From an uncultured Chloroflexia bacterium (GTDB lineage: Bacteria > Chloroflexota > Dehalococcoidia > DSTF01 > WHTK01), in NCBI GenBank assembly GCA_963766645.1, contig CAVYAY010000003.1, forward strand, positions 352,554-416,553: a stretch of DNA of 64,000 nucleotides, written 5' to 3'. Below the pieces are notes generated by a model. The model was not told the DNA's origin, searched no databases, and saw only the letters and a list, made by a program, of their open reading frames with translations. This document shows positions 13,203 to 21,207 of the stretch, one piece after another; within the stretch, counting starts at the first letter, position 1; the number at the start of each line of letters is the position of its first letter. The translations under genes were made by a program, and so were the position numbers.

Positions 13203-14173
13203 CTACTTCCTGCGCGCGAACTTCTGCAGGCGCGCGCCCTCCAGCACTTCCGCGACGTAGACGGAGCCCTCGGAGTCGGTCCAGATGCCGTGCGGGCCCC
13301 AGAACTTGCCGGGGTCGTTGCTGCGCTCCGTCGCGTAGCGGCCGATGAGGTTGCCGTCGAGGTCGACGATGCTCAGGCGTCGTCCAGCTCGGAGACGTAC
13401 ATCAGGTCCTCGCGCGGGTCGACGTAGAGCTTGGTCGGGCGGCCGAAGCCGGTCCACATGTCGAGGAACTCGCCGTCCGGCGTGAAGATCTGGATGCGGT
13501 TGTTCTCGCGGTCGGCGACGTAGACCTTGCCCTTGTGCTCCCAGACGCTGTGCACGGTGTGGAACAGGCCGGGCCTGTTCTTCGTGTCGCGCAGCTCTTT
13601 GGCGTTGCCCGGGTCGCCCCACGACTTCGTCAGCGTGCCGTCCGGCGCGTACTTGTGCACGCGCGAGTTGCGGTAGCCGTCCGAGACGTAGATCTAGCCG
13701 TCCGGCGCGACGCTGACGTCGGTGGGGTGGTGGAACGGCGGGCCGGCGTGGCCGACGCCGTTGATCATCGGCATGCCGCCGCCGGAGACGCAGCGGGCCG
13801 CGCGGCGCTCGCGCACTTCCTGCGTGTAGCCGGTGTCGGAGTGGACGCCGCGCTTGCCGAGCGTGAGGCGGTGGCGCCCCTCTTTGCTGAACTTGAGTGA
13901 CGATCTGCGGCAGGCGGTCGACGAAGTACATCGTGTCGTCCGGGCGTGATGCACATGCCGTGGGCGTCCTCGAAGATGCCCTCGCCCCAGTGGTCGAGCA
14001 TCTTGCCGGACTTGTCGAAGACGCAGGTAGGGGTGCTCGAAGCGGGTGAAGACGTGGACGTTGTCCTGCGAGTCGACGCAGACGGCGCCGACCTGGCCCC
14101 AGACCCAGCCGGCCGGCAGCTCGCCCCAGCCCTCCACGAGCTCGTACTGGCGTTCACCAACGTCGATGATCAC
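13203..14173 (-). pseudogene. NHL-repeat six-bladed beta-propeller protein, frameshifts plus one in-frame TAG
   Basis: MIIDVGERQYELVEGWGELPAGWVWGQVGAVCVDSQDNVHVFTR, IYVSDGYRNSRVHKYAPDGTL and KVYVADRENNRIQIFTPDGEF are present. It is a paralog of the intact gene at 62542..63492. There is an in-frame TAG at 13694..13696. Confidence 0.75.
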
Positions 14174-14214
14174 GTTGCAACCTCTCCAAAGCTAACGAAC
14201 GCGGGGACTGAGAT

Positions 14215-14844
14215 CTAGCGCTGCTTCTGGTTACCCCAGCCGTCCCAGTAGGTGACCTCGTCGACGGGCTTGCGCGTCGTCGGGCCGAAGTTCTGACCGT
14301 CCGGGTAGCCCACCGGGATGACGGCGACAGGCCGGGCGTCGTCCGGCAGGCCGTATTCCTTGCGGATCAGGTCCTCCAGCGCGATGTTGAACGTCGTCAG
14401 CACCGTGCCGAGGCCCTGCGCCCGCGCCGCCAGCATCATGTTCTGTACAGCGCCGTAGATCGACGACCCTGCCCAGATGCTGGTCATGTCGCCGGAAGGC
14501 GACGTCGGGTGCACAAGGCAGGGGATGATGATCACCGGCGCCGACGCCACGTCTGAGCGGAACGTCACCGAGGCCCGGCGCATGCGGCGCTGCGATTCTG
14601 TCGGAAGCTGCCCGCCGCCTCGAGCGCCTTGTCGAGATCGCCGAGGCCTTCGCGGACGGCGTCCGCCAGCGCCTGCTTCTTCGCCGGGTCGCTGATCACC
14701 AACCACGCCCAGGGTTGCGTGTTGCCGCCGCTGGGCGCACGGATCGCCGCGTCGATCATCTTCCAGATCGCCTCGTCCGGTACCGGCATCCGGCTTGAAC
14801 TTACGGATCGAACGCTGCGTATGGACGACTTCGAAGAAGTCCAT
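14215..14844 (-). pseudogene. Nitroreductase-family protein with two compensating frame changes
   Basis: The ends MDFFEVVHTQRSIRKFKPD and SIYGAVQNMMLAARAQGLGTV...PVGYP are in one frame. The conserved middle IDAAIRAPSGGNTQPWAWLVISDP is only in ORF 14565..14789. Confidence 0.75.
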
Positions 14845-17150
14845 CCGCTATCTCGTCCTTGAGAAGCTCGTCGAGCACGATACGCGGCGAGATCGGCAGC
14901 GAGTTGAAGCGCACGCCGATGGCGTTGTTGACGGCCGTCTGCACCGCGGCCAGCGGCGGCACGATCGGCACCTCGCCGACGCCGCGCACGCCGTAGGGGT
15001 GGCCGGGGTTCGGCACCTCCACGAGGACGGTCTCGATCATCGGCAGGTCGAGCGCCGTCGGCATGCGGTAGTCGAGGAAGCTGGAGTTACTCATGCGGCC
15101 GTCGCTGCCGACGTAGTACTCCTCCGATCAGCGCCATGCCGATGCCCTGGGCGACGGCGCCCTGGATCTGCCCCTCGACGTAGCGAGGGGTGGATCGCCG
15201 TGCCGACGTCCTGCAGCGCCGTGTAGCGCAGGATTGTCGACCTTGCCGGTGTCGCGGTCGACCTCGACGTCGACGATGTGGCCGCGAAGGCCGGGCCCTG
15301 GCGTCGGGTACGTTGATGTTGGCGCCGACGTCGATGCGTGCCGCCGGTGCGCGGCAGCTGCGCCGCCAGCTCGTCGAAGGTCATGCTGCGAGGCTTGCCC
15401 TCGCGTCTTCGGGCCGCGGAGGACGCCGTCGTCGCCGTAGGAGACCTGCGTCTGGCTCGCACTCCCAGATCTTGGCGGCGCGCTCGACCATCTTGTCGCT
15501 TGATCTGCCTGCGAGGTCGTGGGCCGCCCAGCCGCCGGCGAAGGTGGTGCGGCTGCCGCCCGTGTTGCCGGTGAAGCCGACGAGTCGGTGCCGACGACCG
15601 TCGGGTGGACGTCCGCCGCCGTCGAGGCCGAGCGCCTCGGCCAGCTGCATGGCGAGCGAGGCGCGCGTCCCGCCGATGTCGACGGAGCCGAGCACGAGGC
15701 TGACGGTGCCGTCGGCGTTGACGCTGGCGCTGGAGCTGGACTCGCCGCCGCCGTTGCCCCAGAAGCCCATCGAGACGCCGCGGCCGCGGTTCTCGCCGGT
15801 CAGCTCGGAGCGGTAGTGCGGGTGGTTCTTGATCGCCTGCATCACCTCGACGTTGCCGATCGGAGCGCGGAAGACCTGGCCGTTGGCACGCTGCGGTGCC
15901 CTGCGCCGAGGCGTTCTTGAGGCGCAGGTCCATCGGGTCCATGCCCAGCTGCTCGGCCAGCTCGTTGATCGCGGCCTCGCCGGCGAACATCGAGGCCGGC
16001 GTGCCGGGCGCGCGGTAGGCGGCCGTCTTCGACAGGTTGACGACGACGTCGTAGCCGTCGATGAGCTGGTTCGGGCAGTCGTACGGGGCGAAGATGCCGT
16101 TCATGCCGGCGCCGACCGGCGAGCCGGGGTAGGCGCCCGCCTCGTAGGCCAGCTCGGCCTGCATCGCGGTGAAGGTGCCGTCCCTCTTCGCGCCGATCTT
16201 GACCCGCTCGTAGGTGCCGGAGGTGGGGCCGGAGGCCTCGAAGACCTCTTCGCGGCTCATCGTCATCTTGACGGCCTTGCCGGTCTTCTTCGACAGCAGC
16301 GCCGCCAGCGGCTCCAGGTAGATGCCGCAGCTTGCCGCCGAAGCCGCCGCCGATCTCGACGGCGTTCACGGTGATCTGCGAGACGGGAAGTCTGCAGGAG
16401 CTCGGACGAGCGAGTTGCGGACGCCGAACAGGCCCTGCGTGCTGGTCCAGACCGAGAGGTGGCCGTCCTGGTTCCAGAACGCGGTGCGCGTTGTGCGGCT
16501 CGATGTAGCCCTGGTGGTAGCGGCTGGTCTGGAACTCGCGCTCGACGATGACGTCGGCCTCGGCGAAGCCCTTCTCGACGTCGCCCATGGCGAACTGGCG
16601 GTGCGCCGCGATGTTCGAGGGCTTGTCCGGCGCGGGCTCGGCCAGCGGCGCCAGCGTCCGCGTGCGCAGGTTCTCGTGCAGGATCGGGGCGACGTCCAGC
16701 ATCGCCTCGCGCACGTCCGTGACGGACGGCAGCACCTCGTACTCGACCTCGATCAGGTCGAGGGCGTCCTCGGCGATGTGCGGGTCGGTGGCGGCGACGG
16801 CGGCGACGGCGTGGCCGCGGAAGAGCGCCTTCTTACCGGCCATGATGCGGTCGACGACCCACGGCAGCGGCGTGACGCCGGCCTCGTCCGATCTCGACCG
16901 ATGCCTCCGGCGGCACGTCCGGGAAGTCGGCGCGCGTGATGACGGCCTTGACGCCGGGCAGCGCCAGCGCTTTCGAGGCGTCGATGCGCTTGATGATGGC
17001 GTGCGCGTGCGGGCTGCGCTTCACGCGCCCGTAGAGCATGCCGGTGAGGCGGACGTCGGCGCCGTACTGGGCGCGGCCGGTGACCTTGTCGGTGCCGTCT
17101 GGGCGGATCGGGCGCGTGCCGACGACTTTGTATTGATTCGTTGCGACCAT
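14801..17150 (-). pseudogene. Xanthine dehydrogenase/aldehyde oxidase-family molybdopterin-binding large subunit, many frame changes
   Basis: The N-terminus is MVATNQYKVVGTRPIRPDGTDKVTGRAQYGADVRLTGMLYGRVKRSPHAHAIIKRID. Internal pieces are in ORFs 15842..16843, 15091..16266 and 15381..15845. The C-terminus is PNPGHPYGVRGVGEVPIVPPLAAVQTAVNNAIG. Confidence 0.8.
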
Positions 17151-17356
17151 AAGGAAAGAACTCCTTGCCTGGATACTGATTCTGAGTCGATTCTACACGC
17201 AGGAGTCAGTATTTCCAGTATTCAGGCGAAGAGAAAGCAATGTCTCGAGTCCGCGACGAGTCAGGTCAGCAGGACCAGCCATGCTAGAATTCACATCGCC
17301 CCGCGACGTCCTCCCAGGGACGTCGCTTTCTGTGCCTGCGGGGCCTGGGCACGGAG

Positions 17357-17998
17357 GTGGTCAACATCGTCGACATGCAAGAGGTTGTCGCCTGGCTGCG
17401 ACGTCTCGCTAACCTCGACACCCGAGTCTTCGATGAGATCCGAACCAACCCTACCGCCACCGTACCGGGAGTGCTCGTTGCAACGGTCGCCATCTTCCTA
17501 TCCGGGCTCGGAGGCTGGCTCTGGTGGGTGCTCCAGGATTACGGCCGATCGCAGGACATACTCGTCAACTCAGCGCTGATCGGTTCCCTGCTCGCCGTCG
17601 CCCTCTGGGCCATTGGATGGCTCGGTGTCGTCTATTTCATGCTGACGCAGATCTTCCGCGAGCGCGCTTATGTCGAGCAGTTACTGCGCGTCATGGGCCT
17701 CGCGGCCGCGCCGCTGGGCTTCATGGTCCTGATGTTCATCCCCGGCCTCTCGCTAGCCATCGGCCTCGCCTCTCTGGCGCTGACTTTCGGCCTGACAAAC
17801 ATCGCGATCAACAGCGTCACCACCGCCGACCCCGCCCGCGTCCTCGTCGCCAACCTCGCGGGCTTCTTCGTCTGGTCCGCCGCCCTGACGCTGCTCGCCT
17901 CCGCAAGCGTCACAAGCGTTGAGCCACACGCGCCCGGGATCTTTCTCTACAACGCCGTCACCAGCATTACGGGCGACCTCCTCAAACTAACCGGCTAA
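17357..17998 (+). CDS. Yip1-domain-like integral membrane protein
   Basis: Intact 213-aa ORF with five hydrophobic segments after a soluble N-terminus (VFDEIRTNPTATVPGVLVATVAIFLSGLGGW). The family call is tentative. An alternative start is ATG 17375. Confidence 0.55.
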   Translation: MVNIVDMQEVVAWLRRLANLDTRVFDEIRTNPTATVPGVLVATVAIFLSGLGGWLWWVLQDYGRSQDILVNSALIGSLLAVALWAIGWLGVVYFMLTQIFRERAYVEQLLRVMGLAAAPLGFMVLMFIPGLSLAIGLASLALTFGLTNIAINSVTTADPARVLVANLAGFFVWSAALTLLASASVTSVEPHAPGIFLYNAVTSITGDLLKLTG

Positions 17999-18090
17999 TA
18001 CTCGCTCCGTCCGTCAGACGAAGACCGCGCCTAAGGCGTCGTCCCCCGCCTTGAGGCACTGCAAACCAATCTGCTACGCTTCGATTACTT

Positions 18091-18166
18091 GGGGCTGTAG
18101 CTCAATTGGGAGAGCGTTTGACTGGCAGTCAAAAGGTAGGGGGTTCGAATCCCCCCAGCTCCACCA
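18091..18166 (+). tRNA. tRNA-Ala, anticodon GGC, CCA encoded
   Basis: The 76-nt cloverleaf was folded by hand. The acceptor GGGGCTG/CAGCTCC has the G3:U70 alanine identity pair. The anticodon stem is TTTGA/TCAAA with loop CTGGCAG, and the T arm is GGGGG-TTCGAAT-CCCCC. Confidence 0.9.
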
Positions 18167-18375
18167 AAACTCCATCACAGATACGAATTTAACCGCTTGA
18201 CTCCTGATCTGGGCCGCTGCACAGGGAGCCCGTGACGGTGAGCAGCGCGAGCGTCCACAAGGGCTCCAGAAGCCTAAGGGGTGGAAATCTGACGTGGTGA
18301 GTGTTAAGCCGCGCCGGATGGTCGCGAAAAGCTCCGGCAGAGGTGACTATCGATGAACCGTGATAGGGTGACCCC

Positions 18376-19458
18376 TTAGATGATCCCGTGCTCCTTGGCG
18401 TAGACGGCGGCCTGGGCGCGATTGTCTACGGACAGTTTGGCGTAGATGTTGCTGACGTGGCGGTTCACCGTGTTGATGCTGATCACGAGCTCGTCGGCAA
18501 TCTGCTGATTGCCCTTGCCACGGGCGACGAGTTGGAGTACTTCGGTCTCACGCAGTGAAAGGCTGTCTGGTGACGTGCTGACGCCAGGTTCAAGTTGCAA
18601 CGGCGGTAGCTCTACCAGGAAGCTGAAGATCGCAGCAATTGCAGAATCCGGGTCGCCTGCCAGATTGCCGCTGCCGCCGCCCTCTGTAACGATGATCCGG
18701 GCGTGCGCGATTCTCGATGCGACCTCGGCGCAGTCGTCAAATGACGGGGACCTCACTTCTTTGGGGTGGATAACGAGCGTCGGCGCAAGGACTTCGTGGA
18801 GGTCACTTTCGATTGAGGACGCCTCGAATGACCTCGTCATCGTGGTGAAATCCGCCGGAGTAACCATTCTCTTGAGCAACTCCACCTCTTGTAGCGCGGC
18901 TTCGTGGTCGCCACGACCCTGCGAAAGGAGGTAGAGAAAGGTGTCCCAGTCGCCGCTTGCGAGCTGCTGATAGAGGGCAGGCGGCCACGGTTTTGATGTG
19001 ACACTGCAAGAAACGAGCACCAGGGCCTCTACTCTGTCGGGATGCGACGCGGCGTAGTGGACCGCGGTATGGCAGGACGACCCGATGCCGAGGAGAGTGA
19101 GCCCGTGCAGGTCGAGACGATCAACGACGCACTCGAGATCACGCGTCCTGTCCAGCGGGCTATAACTGCCGGGCAATCCTCTGGTCGAGAGCCCCTGGCC
19201 ACGGCCGTCATACGTGACGAGGTTGAAGCGAGACGCGAGAGCCCTGCACCAACGGCTGCGACTCCCAGCTTCCCAGAAGAGCTGGACATGATTGAAGCCG
19301 ACCGGGACCATGACCAGTGGTTTGCCGCTGCCGCTTATGGTGTAGGCCAGGTTGAAGCCGTCGCTGTTGGTGACGTAGTGAACAGGCGGTGAAGTCATGG
19401 GTGTGGTCATGGTGGAGCGATCATAACGCTTCGGAAATAGTCGAATGCACGGCATCAC
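18376..19458 (-). CDS. One-component regulator: N-terminal alpha/beta-hydrolase-fold domain fused to a C-terminal LuxR/GerE HTH
   Basis: The C-terminus LSLRETEVLQLVARGKGNQQIADELVISINTVNRHVSNIYAKLSVDNRAQAAVYAKEHGII is a canonical GerE HTH. The N-terminal ~270 aa shows the alpha/beta hydrolase pattern (LVMVPVGFNH...LTLLGIGSSCHTAVHYAASHPDRVEALVLVS). An alternative start is 19410. Confidence 0.8.
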   Translation of the reverse strand: MMPCIRLFPKRYDRSTMTTPMTSPPVHYVTNSDGFNLAYTISGSGKPLVMVPVGFNHVQLFWEAGSRSRWCRALASRFNLVTYDGRGQGLSTRGLPGSYSPLDRTRDLECVVDRLDLHGLTLLGIGSSCHTAVHYAASHPDRVEALVLVSCSVTSKPWPPALYQQLASGDWDTFLYLLSQGRGDHEAALQEVELLKRMVTPADFTTMTRSFEASSIESDLHEVLAPTLVIHPKEVRSPSFDDCAEVASRIAHARIIVTEGGGSGNLAGDPDSAIAAIFSFLVELPPLQLEPGVSTSPDSLSLRETEVLQLVARGKGNQQIADELVISINTVNRHVSNIYAKLSVDNRAQAAVYAKEHGII

Positions 19459-19502
19459 CAGCGGCGACGATTGAACGGAGCCAGTTAGCGTGGTGGGCGA
19501 AG

Positions 19503-19625
19503 TTAGACAAGGCCGTGTTGTTGGGCGTAGACGGCGGCCTGGGCGCGGTCGCGGGCGTCTACGGCCCAGATCAGGCCAATCAACAGCAGGGTTACGACGG
19601 CCACGCCTAATACGTAGGTGTCCAC
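19503..19625 (-). CDS. Candidate 40-aa single-TM micro-protein, or the 3-prime remnant of a second LuxR gene
   Basis: A GTG start lies 6 nt after AAGGAG. The product VDTYVLGVAVVTLLLIGLIWAVDARDRAQAAVYAQQHGLV has a tail sharing a 24-nt identical run (CGCGCCCAGGCCGCCGTCTACGCC) with the end of the LuxR gene 45 nt downstream. Confidence 0.35.
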   Translation of the reverse strand: MDTYVLGVAVVTLLLIGLIWAVDARDRAQAAVYAQQHGLV

Positions 19626-19810
19626 GACCCGCTCCTTTGCGGCAGCGGCGGGGATGGCTCTCGCTCTACTCGAGGAGCCATCCCGAGGAGGGGCCGCTGC
19701 CTGTCGCGCCCAGGCTGTCGGGCGGAGACGCGACGTAGCGAGAAGAGTACCAAGACTGCTACAATAATGCAACAGAACTGCACCTGACCTGGACTAGGAG
19801 TTTTCAAGGA

Positions 19811-20035
19811 ATGAGTCAACCCACGTACGCTTTCGGCGAGATGCTGACGCTGCCCAACCTGCGGCGCGTGCGCCAACTGAAACTGTTATCGCAGCGGCAG
19901 CTCGCGATGCTGGCGGAAGTGTCCCCGGCGACCATCGCAAGCATTGAGGCGGGCCGGTCGGCGCAATACGAGACGGTCAAGAAGTTGTGCGGCGCCCTGG
20001 GGGTCGGAGTTCAGGAGCTAGTGGGCGATGAGTGA
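19811..20035 (+). CDS. XRE-family helix-turn-helix protein (74 aa)
   Basis: LRRVRQLKLLSQRQLAMLAEVSPATIASIEAGRSAQYETVKKLCGALGV fits the HTH_XRE pattern. It is the first gene of the low-GC cassette. Confidence 0.8.
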   Translation: MSQPTYAFGEMLTLPNLRRVRQLKLLSQRQLAMLAEVSPATIASIEAGRSAQYETVKKLCGALGVGVQELVGDE

Positions 20036-20468
20036 CATGGCTTCACGCTCTCATGCAAGTGTCGAGAATTATGGAAGTGGCAGCCATCGCAGTCGTTTGT
20101 TAACCTCAGAGACCCCCCGCCGTTTTCTAAGATGGGTAGCAGCTAAGAGGAAGAAGATGAGTGAACCTGTCCTTGAATGGCAAATGCCCAAGTTTTCGCC
20201 AGAAGAGATCGTTGACCTCTATGTTGGTATGGCGAAGGCAGTCCCTGGGCCTATACAGGTTTGGGTGCGAATGGATGCCGCGAAGCTCCACTTCCTGACC
20301 TTTATCCCGAAATCGGAATCGCGCGACGTGGAGCGGACGCTTTACGAGGCTGAGTCGATTATCTATCGGATGGTCGGCGCTGAGTACGTGACCTTCGACG
20401 TGTATCGAGATTCACGAGTAGACGGTGAAACCTCTGAGGAGTCGAGACTAGTCCTACAGCACGCTTAA
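20028..20468 (+). CDS. Hypothetical protein (146 aa, or 103 aa from ATG 20157)
   Basis: The start overlaps the XRE stop (ATGAGTGA). An internal ATG at 20157 is preceded by AAGAGGAAG. I recognise no family. G+C is about 50%. Confidence 0.5.
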   Translation: MSDMASRSHASVENYGSGSHRSRLLTSETPRRFLRWVAAKRKKMSEPVLEWQMPKFSPEEIVDLYVGMAKAVPGPIQVWVRMDAAKLHFLTFIPKSESRDVERTLYEAESIIYRMVGAEYVTFDVYRDSRVDGETSEESRLVLQHA

Positions 20469-20469
20469 A

Positions 20470-20838
20470 ATGCCGGCCACAGAGGATCAACACCTCGCTG
20501 CTGCAAAGGCGAACAAGCGCTTGGCTCAGCGCATACTCTCTTCGGACTATCCAGACTGGGCAGCAGTCCTTATCTTCTACTCGGCACTTCACTTGATCGA
20601 TGCGTACCTAACTAATAGACATCTCCGAGTATCCACGCACGAGGCTAGACGGAACCACATTTCCCGGCTCTCGGACCTGAAACCGATCAGCATCGCCTAC
20701 TTTACCCTCGAACATAGGTCCCGAGATGTGCGCTATAACCTGATTCCAGTAAGTCCTGAAGAGACCACGTCTCTCATTTCCGATGAGCTTGCCGCCATCG
20801 AAGCCAGGGTCGGGCAATTGCTGGGAATCGAGATATAA
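20470..20838 (+). CDS. All-alpha 122-aa protein with a HEPN-like helix pattern (tentative)
   Basis: It starts 1 nt after the previous stop. AAAKANKRLAQRILSSDYPDWAAVLIFYSALHLIDAYL ... STHEARRNH ... FTLEHRSRDVRYN resembles the HEPN layout (W/A-rich helix pair, T-H, terminal R-Y). No canonical Rx4-6H motif was seen. Confidence 0.45.
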   Translation: MPATEDQHLAAAKANKRLAQRILSSDYPDWAAVLIFYSALHLIDAYLTNRHLRVSTHEARRNHISRLSDLKPISIAYFTLEHRSRDVRYNLIPVSPEETTSLISDELAAIEARVGQLLGIEI

Positions 20839-21067
20839 CCTATTCAGGCCAAAATGCATCCGAAGCGAAGACGCCCTCGAAGCCGCGAGGCAGGCGTAAA
20901 ATGGCGTCGTTATGACGGCTCCCGCCCCGCCGCAGGCTCCCTTGCCGCTCGTCTGTGTCCACCACTGGTGCATCGAGTCACCCAACGGCTCACCGCAGCG
21001 AGTACCGCGCCCACCAAACCCCGAACCACGCACGCTCGTCAAACCCAAAACGGCCCGTGAAACCCTG

Positions 21068-21120
21068 CCGTCAATTGCCGAACCGCCTTTCATAGAAGAA
21101 AGTACATTGACAATTGACGG
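21068..21120. promoter_or_regulatory. Nested inverted repeat (candidate operator) overlapping a sigma70-like -35 upstream of the first Rieske gene
   Basis: CCGTCAATTG (21068..21077) pairs with CAATTGACGG (21111..21120). An inner CTTTC/GAAAG pair is also present. TTGACA at 21107..21112 and TAGGTT at 21130..21135 are 17 nt apart. Confidence 0.3.
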
Positions 21121-21207
21121 GCACGATAGTAGGTTGCAGACGTTTAATGCTCTTAAGTTTTCTCGCTGCCGCGGGGCTGCGTCCTTGAGAGCGAGGGCCA
21201 CGTCGCA

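Noticed and set aside
13694-13696. In-frame TAG as programmed recoding (for example pyrrolysine)
   Set aside because: No pyl genes or recoding signals are visible. The gene also carries frameshifts, and the neighbouring 17 kb is generally disrupted. A nonsense change or a base error is far more likely.
18274-18379. Long-range inverted repeat CTAAGGGGT ... ACCCCTTAG between the tRNA and the LuxR-fusion stop, as a possible structured RNA
   Set aside because: The right arm includes the LuxR stop codon and the interior has only weak additional pairing. It is most simply a convergent-gene terminator region. There is not enough evidence to call an ncRNA.
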